Of a stretch of 64,000 nt of DNA, positions 27,690 to 37,819 are shown one piece after another (positions within the stretch are counted from its first letter, which is position 1; every line of letters starts with the position of its first letter). Origin of the DNA: Vulcanimicrobiota bacterium (GTDB lineage Bacteria; Vulcanimicrobiota; Vulcanimicrobiia; Vulcanimicrobiales; Vulcanimicrobiaceae); assembly GCA_963723515.1 (NCBI GenBank), contig CAVRQT010000003.1, positions 512,001 to 576,000 of the forward strand, written 5' to 3'. Below the pieces are notes generated by a model. The model ran no database searches, was not told where the DNA came from, and saw only the letters and a list, made by a program, of their open reading frames with translations. Both the position numbers and the translations under genes were made by a program.

Positions 27690-30600
27690 ATGAAAAATTA
27701 CGCCGAACTTCATTGCTGGTCGAATTTTACATTTTTAGAAGGCGGCTCGCATCCCGAAGAATTAGTGCAGCGGGCCGCGGAGATCGGCTTAGCGGCGCTT
27801 GCATTGACGGATCGAGACGGCTTCTATGGTCTCGTTCGCTTTTCGAAGCACGCGAAGATGCTGCAATTTCCGGCAATTTGCGGCGCGGAGATAACATTCG
27901 AATCTGAGAGCCAAGAATCGCATCGCCGTCCACGGCTCGTCTTCTTAGCCGAAGATGAAGCCGGCTACGCGAACCTTGCGGCGCTGGTTTCGGCTTCGCA
28001 GCTGCGCGGAAGCAAAGCGGATGCGCGATTGCGCCTCTCCGATCTCGACGGCCGCACAAAAGGCTTGATCGCGCTCTCTGCGAGCCGCCATGGTCTAGTC
28101 GAGCGCGCGCTCCTAAACGATGATCTTGCGAACGCGAACGCTACCGCGAGAGCACTCAAAGATCTCTTCGGCGACCGCTTTTTTCTCGAACTTCAGCATC
28201 ATTTGCGACCCGAAGATTCGGCGCTGATCCAAATGCAGATCGAGCTCGCGAGGGCGCTCGAGCTGCCGTATGTCGCGACGAACGGCGTCGTTTACGCATA
28301 TAAGGAAGATGCTCGTCTTGCCGACGTTCTCGTCTGCGTCAAACACACGTTGACGCTGGAGCAAGCGCGAGAGCAGCTCCTGTTGCGGCCGAACTCCGAA
28401 TTCTTTTTGAAAGCGCCGGCGTTCATGCAGCGGCTCTTTCGCCCCTATCCAAAGGCGATCTATAATACGCTCGAAATCGCCGAGCGTTGCCAATTTCGTT
28501 TGGATCGCCTCCTCGGACAATTTCCACATTTTCCGATTCCGCCGGAAGAGCGCAGCCGGCAGACGTATCTGCGCAAACTCGTCTATGAAGGCGCGGCTGG
28601 GCGCTATGGCTGTCCACTTGAGAGCAAGGTGGAGCGTCAACTTGAGTACGAGCTCGGCATTATCGCGCGGATGGACTTAGCCGGCTACTTCTTGATCGTT
28701 TGGGATATTGTGCGCGCTGCCAACGAGCTTGGCGTGCTCTGTCAAGGGCGCGGCTCCGCCGCAAATTCCGCGGTCTGTTATGCGCTCGGAATTACGGCGG
28801 TCGATCCGATCGGCGGCAACTTACTCTTCGAGCGTTTTCTCTCGGAAGAGCGCAACGAAATCCCCGATATCGACATCGATTTCGCGCATCAAGATCGTGA
28901 GAAAGTGATTCAATACGTCTACGATCGCTATGGTCGCCAACATGCTGCAATGACGGCGGAAGTGATCACCTACCGGACGCGTTCAGCGATTCGCGACGTC
29001 GGTAAGGCGCTTGGGCTCTCGCTCGCGCAAGTCGATCGACTGGCAGCGGAATTCGATGCGATCGAATCGCTCGACGACCTCGTCGCCCCGAAGCCGTTGC
29101 CTGAGTCCGTTGTGCGGCGCCGCGATTTGGACGCCAGCACGAACCAGCGCGCCTCGCGTCTAGAAGAACCTGAACCAGAGATTCAGCCGCACAAGCGCGC
29201 GGCTTCCGTCTTGGGCGAGCGGCTCTTCGCATTCTGTCGCCGCATCGATGGCTTTCCGCGGCACATGGGGATCCACTCGGGCGGCATGGTCATTACGCGC
29301 GACCCGCTGGTTTGCGTTGCGCCGGTCGAGTGGGCTACGATGCGCGACCGGACGATCGTGCAGTGGGATAAAGACGATCTGCAAGATCTCGGATTGATTA
29401 AGATCGATTTGCTGGGCCTCGGCATGCTCTCGCTCTTGCGGGAAGCGTTCTCGCTCCACGAGCGCTGCGCTAAGCGTCACGCTGAACTCATCAAAGCGCC
29501 ACAACTAGCGCTTCATACGATTCCGGCAGACGATGAGCCCACATACGAAATGATCGGCCGTGCCGATACAATCGGCGTCTTCCAAATCGAGTCGCGCGCG
29601 CAGCAGTCGATGCTGCCGCGAATGCGGCCGAAATGCTTCTATGAGATCGTGATGCAAGTTGCGATTATTCGGCCGGGTCCGATCCAAGGCGATATGATCC
29701 ATCCGTTCTTACGCCGGCGCAACGGTTTGGAGCCGGTCACCTATCCGCATCCGAAGTTGAAGCCGATCCTCGAACGGACGCTCGGCGTGCCGCTCTTTCA
29801 AGAACAAGGCATGCGCATGGCGATTGAAGCCGGAGGCTTCACGCCGGGCCAAGCCGATCAACTGCGCCGGGCGATGGGTCACAAACGTTCGCATCAGCGA
29901 ATGGCCGAGATCTATCCGCATCTGATCAACGGCATGGTGCAAAACGGAATCGACCGTGAAGCAGCGGAGCGGCTCTTTCACATGCTCGAGGGCTTTGCTG
30001 ATTACGGGTTTCCTGAATCACACGCCGCCAGCTTTGCGCTGCTCGCCTATGCGTCGGCGTATGTAAAGTGCCACTTTCCGGCGATCTTCGGCGCGGCAAT
30101 CCTCAACGTGCAGCCGATGGGCTTTTACTCAACCGAAGTGCTCATCAACGATGCAAAGCGTCATGCTGTGGTCGTCAAGCCGGTCGAGGTCAATGCGAGC
30201 GAGTTTTGGAGTTATGTCGATCGTGAAGGCGCGCTCCGGCTCGGATTTCACTTGATTCGTGAATTAGGAGAGGCGCAACGCGCTCAATTGCAAGCCGCCA
30301 TCGCGCAAGGTCCATTCGACGGTATCGCTGACTTCGCGAAGCGAACCCAATTGGGACGCGAAGCGCTGGAAAATTGCGCCGTGGCGGGGGCGTTTTCGCC
30401 CTGGTTCGGTTCGCGTCGCGAAGCGATGTGGGCGTTGCGCGGTTTAGACGAGCGTGAAGCGCGCGGCGAGCTCGGCAAAATCATGGAGGTCGATGAACCG
30501 GCAGCCCGATTCGCAGCACTCACGGAGCGTCAAGAGACGCGCTTCGATCTCTGGGCAACCGGCGTCTCTGCGAAGCGCCAGCCAATCGAACATTTTCGGG

Positions 30601-30941
30601 AGTATCTCGAATCGCATGGCGTGATCCCGGCGGCGCGTCTCGTCGACATGCCGAAAAATCTCGTCTGTAAAGTCGGCGGCATGGTGATTACGCGCCAGCG
30701 CCCCGGAACGGCGAAGGGCTTCGTCTTTCTCACGCTCGAGGATGAAACCGGACTCGTCAACGTTATCGTGCGGCCCGACATCTTCGAACGGAATCGGCGC
30801 GTCGTCCGTCAATCGATGGCGCTCATCATCGAGGGAACCCTTCAGAAAGAGCAAGGCTGCATCGACGTGCTCGCCAAGCGTTTCTGGAGCTTCGACACGG
30901 AGAAACTCTTGGCAGGCATGCGCTCCCGCAATTTTAGATGA
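27690..30941 (+). CDS. dnaE2: Error-prone DNA polymerase DnaE2 (ImuC)
   Basis: YAELHC.SNF.FL.G.S.PEEL, GRGSAANS, PDIDIDF, YGFPESHA, RQRPGTAKG, C-terminal SRNFR. Confidence 0.97.
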   Translation: MKNYAELHCWSNFTFLEGGSHPEELVQRAAEIGLAALALTDRDGFYGLVRFSKHAKMLQFPAICGAEITFESESQESHRRPRLVFLAEDEAGYANLAALVSASQLRGSKADARLRLSDLDGRTKGLIALSASRHGLVERALLNDDLANANATARALKDLFGDRFFLELQHHLRPEDSALIQMQIELARALELPYVATNGVVYAYKEDARLADVLVCVKHTLTLEQAREQLLLRPNSEFFLKAPAFMQRLFRPYPKAIYNTLEIAERCQFRLDRLLGQFPHFPIPPEERSRQTYLRKLVYEGAAGRYGCPLESKVERQLEYELGIIARMDLAGYFLIVWDIVRAANELGVLCQGRGSAANSAVCYALGITAVDPIGGNLLFERFLSEERNEIPDIDIDFAHQDREKVIQYVYDRYGRQHAAMTAEVITYRTRSAIRDVGKALGLSLAQVDRLAAEFDAIESLDDLVAPKPLPESVVRRRDLDASTNQRASRLEEPEPEIQPHKRAASVLGERLFAFCRRIDGFPRHMGIHSGGMVITRDPLVCVAPVEWATMRDRTIVQWDKDDLQDLGLIKIDLLGLGMLSLLREAFSLHERCAKRHAELIKAPQLALHTIPADDEPTYEMIGRADTIGVFQIESRAQQSMLPRMRPKCFYEIVMQVAIIRPGPIQGDMIHPFLRRRNGLEPVTYPHPKLKPILERTLGVPLFQEQGMRMAIEAGGFTPGQADQLRRAMGHKRSHQRMAEIYPHLINGMVQNGIDREAAERLFHMLEGFADYGFPESHAASFALLAYASAYVKCHFPAIFGAAILNVQPMGFYSTEVLINDAKRHAVVVKPVEVNASEFWSYVDREGALRLGFHLIRELGEAQRAQLQAAIAQGPFDGIADFAKRTQLGREALENCAVAGAFSPWFGSRREAMWALRGLDEREARGELGKIMEVDEPAARFAALTERQETRFDLWATGVSAKRQPIEHFREYLESHGVIPAARLVDMPKNLVCKVGGMVITRQRPGTAKGFVFLTLEDETGLVNVIVRPDIFERNRRVVRQSMALIIEGTLQKEQGCIDVLAKRFWSFDTEKLLAGMRSRNFR

Positions 30942-31002
30942 TGTCGCTTCGGGCGATAGTCGGGTGTCTCGCGACAGTCCGTGTGTCACGCAACAGTCCC
31001 GG

Positions 31003-31101
31003 TGTCACATTGAGCTTGTCGAAATGTGAGCCTGTCGAAATGTGAGCTTGTCGAAATGTGACATTACCTCACGTCATGCTTCGACAGGCTCAGCATGACA
31101 C
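31003..31101. repeat. REP-like cluster: three tandem 16-mers plus an inverted copy
   Basis: TGAGC(T/C)TGTCGAAATG x3 (31011-31058), then GTCATGCTTCGACAGGCTCAGCATGAC (31073-31099); lies between convergent genes. Confidence 0.9.
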
Positions 31102-31130
31102 TTGGGGCGAACGACACCGCGAGACTCCCG

Positions 31131-32630
31131 CTACCAGTTAAAGCGAGCGATCGCGTTCCACTGATCCGGGCTCGTGCCGTCCCAGTCGAAGAAGCATTCA
31201 CCGATTGCGCCGAGCGCTTTGGATTGCTCCAAACTTGCGTAGACTTCGTCTCCCGGCGGTGATCCGCGCGGCCCTTCGGACGACGTTTGACCGCCGACGC
31301 TGATCGGCAAAGTGCGTCCGGCGACTTGCAACGTCGTCGCATACGATCCGGCCAACAAATCTTTCATCTTGTCCACGCTCGTGGAGTTCTTCGAGAGCAT
31401 GCGCCAATAGCTCATCGGTTGCAAGACGTCGCTATATTGCGCGATCGTGCGATATGGATACTTTGTGTTGTCCAGATTTTCCAAATATGGATCTTCGATC
31501 GTCGAGACGATCGTGTATTTTGGCCCAAGCGCCGCACGCAACACTTGGATATATTGCGCCATTGCGATGCAGCCTTCAGGGCAATCGTGCATGAACTCAT
31601 CGCCGCGCTCTAGGTCCAGCACGAGGGCCGCAAATCGTGTTCCACGCGCGGTGCGGTATTCGGCCGTGCGAACGCTTTGCTGCAGATCTTCATACGAAGC
31701 TTGGCGTGGCACGGTCCAGCCGATTGTCGCGATGCCGCGATCGGCGAGCGCGTCAATGATCGCATCGACGCGATCCTTGATCGCCGGCTCGACTTGCCAG
31801 TATGCGCCATAGGCGGTTCTCAACTCGACGTAATGTAATCCCGCGCGGGTCGCTTGATCGGCGATCTGCATAGGATCGAGCGTCGCGATGTAGTGATTGT
31901 CGTACGGGTTGGTTCCGAAGTAGAGCCAGATGCCTTTGCCGGATGCAGCAGTAGCGGATGTTTGCGGCGCTTCAGCATCACTGCGAATCCATTGCGTCCG
32001 CATTGCGCGCTGCCCGCGGCGAAAGATCTCGTAACGATACGCTGATGCCGCTTTTACGGATTCATCGCGGTAGGTTGAGCTCGGCGCGGCCACCACCACG
32101 AGCGGTGTCCGTTTCCCGCGCGAATCTGTGCGCACGATCCGCACATCGCTTGTCGCTTGCGGAAACCAGCCGATTTGAATCAAGTGCGGCCCGAGCGGCG
32201 CGGCCACGACACGTGTGAACGGCCAAAATCGCGGATCCGTTCGCGCAATTAGCTTTCCTTTGAACGGCGAGTTGCTCGTAACGGTCAAGGAGAGCGGCCC
32301 GAGCGTGGTCGTGGTCACGATGGCGGAAGGCTGCCCAAAACGCATGCGCGGCTGCCACTGCATGACGCCGCGGCTCTCTTTATAGTCGAGATCGCTGTTG
32401 AGCATGATCTTCGTTGGCTGGTTCTGGGCGTCGAGATAATGCACGACAACGAGCCACTGCGCATTGCCGTCGGGATCAAAGCCCAGCGGCCGCGATTCTA
32501 AACGAAAATGCGTTGCCGGATTGCCGGCGTAGACCGGTCCCGTTGGGACGGGTGAAGGCGAAGGCATCGCGGCCGGTGCGGGCGTTAGTTGCGCCAGCAG
32601 CTGCCCGAGGAGAAGCGGCAGCCACGTCAT
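31131..32630 (-). CDS. Secreted protein with fibronectin-III-like and probable TIM-barrel glycoside hydrolase-like domains
   Basis: Signal/Pro-rich N-terminus; YRDESV..AYRYEI; GKGIW, LVLDLE, LQPMSYW, FFDW. Confidence 0.5.
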   Translation of the reverse strand: MTWLPLLLGQLLAQLTPAPAAMPSPSPVPTGPVYAGNPATHFRLESRPLGFDPDGNAQWLVVVHYLDAQNQPTKIMLNSDLDYKESRGVMQWQPRMRFGQPSAIVTTTTLGPLSLTVTSNSPFKGKLIARTDPRFWPFTRVVAAPLGPHLIQIGWFPQATSDVRIVRTDSRGKRTPLVVVAAPSSTYRDESVKAASAYRYEIFRRGQRAMRTQWIRSDAEAPQTSATAASGKGIWLYFGTNPYDNHYIATLDPMQIADQATRAGLHYVELRTAYGAYWQVEPAIKDRVDAIIDALADRGIATIGWTVPRQASYEDLQQSVRTAEYRTARGTRFAALVLDLERGDEFMHDCPEGCIAMAQYIQVLRAALGPKYTIVSTIEDPYLENLDNTKYPYRTIAQYSDVLQPMSYWRMLSKNSTSVDKMKDLLAGSYATTLQVAGRTLPISVGGQTSSEGPRGSPPGDEVYASLEQSKALGAIGECFFDWDGTSPDQWNAIARFNW

Positions 32631-32658
32631 CGAAGTCGTGACGCCCGCATTCCTGAGT

Positions 32659-35445
32659 TTAGAAGCGCGACGTCAAGAAGAACTCGATCTCGAGCGGATT
32701 CTGCGACGCCGGCGGCCAGAAGTATTGCGTGTTCGGTACTACACCCGGCGGATACGAGAAGACAACGCCGTCGGAAACGGCTCCCGGAACTCCGCATCCG
32801 CCGCCGTGTCCGCCGTTATAGCACACGTTGGCTGAGGGCGGTACATCGCCCTTGATGTTGTTCGTGAAGTTTTGAATGCGCATGCCGGCGGTTAGGCCTT
32901 TGGTGCCCGGCGTCGTCAAGTCATACGTGAACGTCATGTTCCCGTAGAAGTAGCCGGGCGACGTGTGAATCGTCGTATCGATACCGGGACCCGGCGTAAT
33001 AAGTCCCCCCGTCACGTTGTAGTACGCGCAGCATTGCCATAGCAAATAGGGCATCGCATGAAAGCGTCCGTTATGGTAATCGGCTGTAAACGACACCGAG
33101 TATGGCGGATTGTCGGGGTTTCGGAAGAGCAAGCCGCTCGTGATGTATGTCGTTGGATTGACGAACCCGCCGAATGGACTGAGCAAGTTCAGCGACGACG
33201 ACCAATAGTTTTGGTATGTTCCCGAGAGGAACCACGATAGCCCATTCTCGGCCGGCGGAAGAATCCGATTCAAGCCGATCTCGATGCCGGTATCGCGCGT
33301 CTCGCCATTGTTTTTCGGCAAGCTTTGGCCGGTGAACTTTGGGATACCGTTGACGATCGTGTAATTGCGGACAAACGACAGCTTGCTGGTCGAGTGGTGG
33401 TAGAATGGGCTGATCCGCAACGAGAGCGTCGGATCCAGTTGCCGCTCAAATGAGAAGTCCACGTTGTGATCCTGCGACGGATGCACGTCGGCGCCCGGCG
33501 CAAATGGCGTGCGATTCGAGCCGGTCGCGTTGGTGCCGTCAGGTGACGCGTTGTACACGTACGCGGCCGGAACGAACGTTGAAGTAACCGTGTACGATCC
33601 GCGAATCACCGTGTTCTGACTGGCTGCATAAGAGAATGCGAACCGCGGGTCCCACGCCTGCTTAAAGTAGTTGCCGGCGGGCGTTAAATAATTCATGCCG
33701 TCGTAGCGTATGGATGGCTCGAACGTCCACTTGCCGACTTTTTGCGTGGTACCAAAGTACGCGCTCGGCATGACGAGCGGCCAGTTTACGAGCGTGTAGA
33801 GGTTCGGCCAATTCCCATTGATATCGAATGCGGATCCACCAGCGGGCTGAGCCGAGTTGATCCCTTCACGATCGTAGTACGCTTGCATGTCGTTGTCGCG
33901 CTCGTACTGTACACCCGCGTAATATGAGGACTGCGCATTGGGCGTCCAATCCAGTTCCAGCGTCCCGATGTACATGTTCGAACGCCGGTCGCCGTAGAAA
34001 TCTTCAGTGCCGTTACTTCCACCGAAACCGAGCGCCACATCGCCGGTCTTGCAAGTTCCGCCGCAAACGCTGCCCGGAAGATTCGGGTCGTCGATCGGCT
34101 GATCGAAGATATATTGGTTGAAGTTTTCCGCAAAGCGCAAATAGCCGGCCAACTTATCGTTGAAGATGTGATTCCATTGAATTTTGCCGAGTCCGGAATA
34201 GTGGCGCCATACATTTGCTGCGGTCGGTGGCACCTCGATATATTGAAGACCGGTCGGAGTACCCTTAGAATTGACGCAGGGCTTTCCGCTTACTGAGACA
34301 CCTCCTACGGTTGGAACACCGCCGGGCGCTTGGTATCCCGCACATGGCGCAACTTGCATTGGATGTGTACCGGCCATCGAGTAATCAAAATTGAATGTAC
34401 CGACGCCGTTTTGGATGAGGAATTGGATGTCGTCGCGCTGGTTCGGACGCCAGTGGAAGTTCCCGATCAAATCCTGGGTCTTCACTGGTCCCGGGCCGTC
34501 GGCGATCCCAAAGAGGTTGACCAACGGATAGTAGTACTGCCCCCAATAGTAATCGTTGGCCGTATTGCTCCCATCGAAGGCCACGTACGCGGAATACTTG
34601 TTATCGGGTGTCGCCCAACCATACTCCGCCGTGACGTAATGGCCGTACGTCGGCATGTTCGCGCCGACCGATATTAAACCAAAACCTGGATAGGTGCCGC
34701 GCTTGACGACGCTGTTGAAAACGCCTTGCGCAGCATTCCCGTAACGGGCGCTGTACCCGCCGGTGTAGACTTCAACGGAACTGATTCCCACATTTGCAAG
34801 ATTCGTCGTGAAGAAGCCGGTCAGCCGATCGTTGATCGGAATGCCGTCGAGCTCGTATGACACGTCGGTTGCCAGACCGCCGCGGACACGCGGTTGCGCG
34901 TACATCCCTGAACCGGTGATCCCCGGAACCGATTGCAGATAGTTGTAGAGCGTCTTGTGGAGATTATCGCCGCCTTGCGCGGCGTTAAATTGGGTGGACG
35001 TTAGGTTGTAAACGTCGGCAGTCTGTCCCGGCTGAACGAGATTGGCTGAGCTCCGCGCCGTAACGCGTCCGATCTCGCGCAACGTTGACTTGGTCATCGC
35101 TTGATCGACCGTCGCGGTTTGGTCTTGGAAGACGGTGACGCCCGCGACCGACCGCGGCTCGTACCCTTCATGTTGAAATGAAACGACGTACGTGTCGGGT
35201 GCAAGATTTTGCAATGTGTAAAAACCCGCCGCATCTGTAACGGCCGTCTGCTTCTGCGATGGAGAAGTCGCAGTGATACTGACGTTTGCGATCGGCGCTG
35301 ATGTCGTCGAATCTTTTACTGTCCCGGAAATCGTGCCGGTCGTTCCGGCTGCAAGGCATACTGCCGGCGCCAAGAAAACCGTGCAAAGAAGTAACGGCAG
35401 CGTGCAACCGATGTACAGTGCTTGCCGTTTGATGCTCCGCTCCAT
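32659..35445 (-). CDS. TonB-dependent receptor-like outer-membrane protein with carboxypeptidase-regulatory-like N-terminal domain
   Basis: Signal peptide, GTISGTVKD..TDAAGFY..L.PDTY, plug (VPGI, VRGG, YELDGIP, GG..A.YGN), C-terminal Phe. Confidence 0.85.
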   Translation of the reverse strand: MERSIKRQALYIGCTLPLLLCTVFLAPAVCLAAGTTGTISGTVKDSTTSAPIANVSITATSPSQKQTAVTDAAGFYTLQNLAPDTYVVSFQHEGYEPRSVAGVTVFQDQTATVDQAMTKSTLREIGRVTARSSANLVQPGQTADVYNLTSTQFNAAQGGDNLHKTLYNYLQSVPGITGSGMYAQPRVRGGLATDVSYELDGIPINDRLTGFFTTNLANVGISSVEVYTGGYSARYGNAAQGVFNSVVKRGTYPGFGLISVGANMPTYGHYVTAEYGWATPDNKYSAYVAFDGSNTANDYYWGQYYYPLVNLFGIADGPGPVKTQDLIGNFHWRPNQRDDIQFLIQNGVGTFNFDYSMAGTHPMQVAPCAGYQAPGGVPTVGGVSVSGKPCVNSKGTPTGLQYIEVPPTAANVWRHYSGLGKIQWNHIFNDKLAGYLRFAENFNQYIFDQPIDDPNLPGSVCGGTCKTGDVALGFGGSNGTEDFYGDRRSNMYIGTLELDWTPNAQSSYYAGVQYERDNDMQAYYDREGINSAQPAGGSAFDINGNWPNLYTLVNWPLVMPSAYFGTTQKVGKWTFEPSIRYDGMNYLTPAGNYFKQAWDPRFAFSYAASQNTVIRGSYTVTSTFVPAAYVYNASPDGTNATGSNRTPFAPGADVHPSQDHNVDFSFERQLDPTLSLRISPFYHHSTSKLSFVRNYTIVNGIPKFTGQSLPKNNGETRDTGIEIGLNRILPPAENGLSWFLSGTYQNYWSSSLNLLSPFGGFVNPTTYITSGLLFRNPDNPPYSVSFTADYHNGRFHAMPYLLWQCCAYYNVTGGLITPGPGIDTTIHTSPGYFYGNMTFTYDLTTPGTKGLTAGMRIQNFTNNIKGDVPPSANVCYNGGHGGGCGVPGAVSDGVVFSYPPGVVPNTQYFWPPASQNPLEIEFFLTSRF

Positions 35446-35551
35446 AAGACACCCCGTCTGGAAAAGAAAAGCGACCGGCGTGGTCCCACGCGCGTTCGCT
35501 TGAGGCAAAGTTACCTGAAACGCCGCCGCTTTTCCTTGCGACGCTGCTTGG

Positions 35552-36547
35552 CTAACCGACGTATTTTGAGAGCCCGCGCGGCGCATCGCTCTCGACATGG
35601 CGTGCGCGTCCGACATACAGCGAAACCATTTGCGCCGCAGCCAGCCAAGCGAGCGTATTGAAAGCGTCTCCGACAACCGGACCGAGAAGCGGGATGTCTC
35701 CAATGTGGCCGCCGATGACGTACCGTAAACTCTCTGCCTGCACCGCCTCGACGAGGGGGCGATTCACGACGTTGCGTGATACCTCGTCCACGATGCCGAT
35801 GATGGCGCATGTCGCATCCAGCATCGCCGCGCTGCCGTGGCGAAATTCGCCCGCTGCAAACCCCTCCGCATGAATGTAGCTCGCTTCTTTGAGCTTGAGC
35901 GCAAATTCATTGGCAATTGGAACGCCGTAGCCGGATGCAACGATGACAACGCTGCGACGCCGCGCGATGCGGGCTGCCGCATCGCGCAGTTCATCGATCT
36001 CAGAGCCGTCAAGCCAGCTTCTAACGTCTTCCGCCGTTTCAATGAGGGTGTGCGAATTGCGCGTACTCTTGCCGGCCATTAGACCCGCCGCCCAAAGGAG
36101 TATCGCAGCCATTGCGGTGACGCTCTTGCTCGCCGGCACGGCTACCTCGGGACCTGCACCGACGTCAATGCAAATCGAGGCTCGATCGCAAAGGGGTGCC
36201 TGCGTCGTGTTCGTCAGCGCGATCAATGGGCGCGGCTTTAAGATATCGAGCGCATTGAGCAGATCCGATGAACGGCCGCTTTGAGAGACCGCGATGACCG
36301 CCGCATTGCGGTAGGCCGCGTTGTCCAACAACGCTTCGGTGGCCGCTAGCGCGTGCGCGCGTATGCCTCTGCGCCGCAACGCAAGCGCCCCAAGTTGCGA
36401 CATGAACAGCGAGCTGCCGCTGCCGAGCAAGACGACGTCGTGGGGGCCAATCGCGCGCGCGAGCTGCTCCGCCTTGTCACTCTGCGCGATGCTCCGCCAG
36501 ACGTCCGGTTGCGCTCGGATCTCCTCTTCAAAATGTACGCCCAGCAT
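35552..36547 (-). CDS. SIS domain sugar isomerase/deaminase (GlmS C-terminal-like)
   Basis: EEIRAQP, GSGSS, SQSGRS, E.AVPASKS, EFALKLKE, EFRHG, PRGLSK. Confidence 0.88.
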   Translation of the reverse strand: MLGVHFEEEIRAQPDVWRSIAQSDKAEQLARAIGPHDVVLLGSGSSLFMSQLGALALRRRGIRAHALAATEALLDNAAYRNAAVIAVSQSGRSSDLLNALDILKPRPLIALTNTTQAPLCDRASICIDVGAGPEVAVPASKSVTAMAAILLWAAGLMAGKSTRNSHTLIETAEDVRSWLDGSEIDELRDAAARIARRRSVVIVASGYGVPIANEFALKLKEASYIHAEGFAAGEFRHGSAAMLDATCAIIGIVDEVSRNVVNRPLVEAVQAESLRYVIGGHIGDIPLLGPVVGDAFNTLAWLAAAQMVSLYVGRARHVESDAPRGLSKYVG

Positions 36548-36556
36548 GCTTGCAGT

Positions 36557-37819
36557 CTAGGCGCCCGTGAAGGTGATATCGTTAGCGAGCACATCATCGA
36601 GCGTGTCGCGGCGCGCCATCAGACGGTGCTTGCCGCGGCGAACATAGATGACAGCCGGACGCGAAAAACGGTTGTAGTTGCTCGCCATGCTATAGGTATA
36701 GGCTCCCGCCATGGGCATCGCAAGAATGTCGCCTACGGTGACATCTTCGGGTAGACGCGACTCCGTTATGAGATCGTTCTCGCAAGACCGTCCACAGATC
36801 GTCACGCTTTGCAGTTTTGCGCCGGAGACGCGTCCCGCCAATTTTGCGTCCGGCCTTGCGCCGTAGAGCGCCGGACGGGGATTGTCAGCCATGCCACCGT
36901 CGACGATGATAAACGTGCGACGCCGTTGCTGCTTTTTCGCCATCACCCGGTAAAGCGATGTGCCCGCCGGTGCGATCAAGGCGCGCCCGGGTTCGACGCC
37001 GACTTTTGGCGAGGCGAGCCCTGAGGCGGCGCAACGGGACCGAATCTCTTTTGAAATCGCCGCAAGCGTTCGCGCCAAATTGAAGGGTGATCTCTTCGAG
37101 CGACGCGGTGAGACGGGAAAACCCCCGCCGGCGACAACATCCGAAGTGACGAGATGCAAATTGTGGAGTTGCGCCGCCGCTGAAACGAGCCGCGCTGCAT
37201 TTCGAATGAACGCGTTCCCATCAAAAATTTGAGAGCCGATGTGCGAATGCAGACCGCGAAAACGAAGCGCCGGATTCGCGCGGAAAATGTTTGCCGCGGC
37301 AGCAAAATCATCCGGCAGCATGCCGAATTTGCTCTGATCTCCCGACGTGCTTACTAACGCATGCGTGCGCGCGCGAATACCGCTGTTGATTCTGAGCAAG
37401 ACGTTTATTGGGGTCGCTGAAGCGTAAGACGCCAACGCACTCAACTCCGCGAGGTTGTCGACAATAACCCGACCTGCCTCGCCTGCGGCGGCAGCACGCA
37501 GCTCGGCTTCATTTTTTCCACACCCATGGAGATCGATGCGCGATGGCGGGAAACCGGCGCGCTGTGCCGTGGCGAGCTCTCCCAACGAACAGACATCAAG
37601 CCGAAGCGCCGTATGCTTTATGAGTTGAGCCAAGCCGACAAGCAGCAGCGCTTTTCCGGCATAGGCAACCTCGATGCCGGCCCCGTTCGCTGCAGAAACG
37701 AACCGCTCGATCGTCGAGGCAAGCACATCGCCGTCGATGACCAGCAGTGGAGTACCGTATTCTTCGGCAAGCTCAACAGCCGCAATATCACCAAGGCGCA
37801 ACGGCCCGCTGAGGTTCAC
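36557..37819 (-). CDS. lysA: Diaminopimelate decarboxylase
   Basis: YGTPL, YAGKA, SKFG, HSHIGSQ, EPGR, DGGM.DNPRPALY, CE.D, GAY..SMASNYN. Confidence 0.88.
   Translation of the reverse strand: MNLSGPLRLGDIAAVELAEEYGTPLLVIDGDVLASTIERFVSAANGAGIEVAYAGKALLLVGLAQLIKHTALRLDVCSLGELATAQRAGFPPSRIDLHGCGKNEAELRAAAAGEAGRVIVDNLAELSALASYASATPINVLLRINSGIRARTHALVSTSGDQSKFGMLPDDFAAAANIFRANPALRFRGLHSHIGSQIFDGNAFIRNAARLVSAAAQLHNLHLVTSDVVAGGGFPVSPRRSKRSPFNLARTLAAISKEIRSRCAASGLASPKVGVEPGRALIAPAGTSLYRVMAKKQQRRRTFIIVDGGMADNPRPALYGARPDAKLAGRVSGAKLQSVTICGRSCENDLITESRLPEDVTVGDILAMPMAGAYTYSMASNYNRFSRPAVIYVRRGKHRLMARRDTLDDVLANDITFTGA

Noticed and set aside
31011..31058. Tandem 16-mers as a mini-CRISPR or as iterons
   Set aside because: There are no spacers and no rep gene, and the unit is the REP-like core seen elsewhere in the window
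35446..35551. Riboswitch upstream of the TonB-type receptor gene
   Set aside because: The 106 bp gap has no recognisable cobalamin, TPP or other aptamer core
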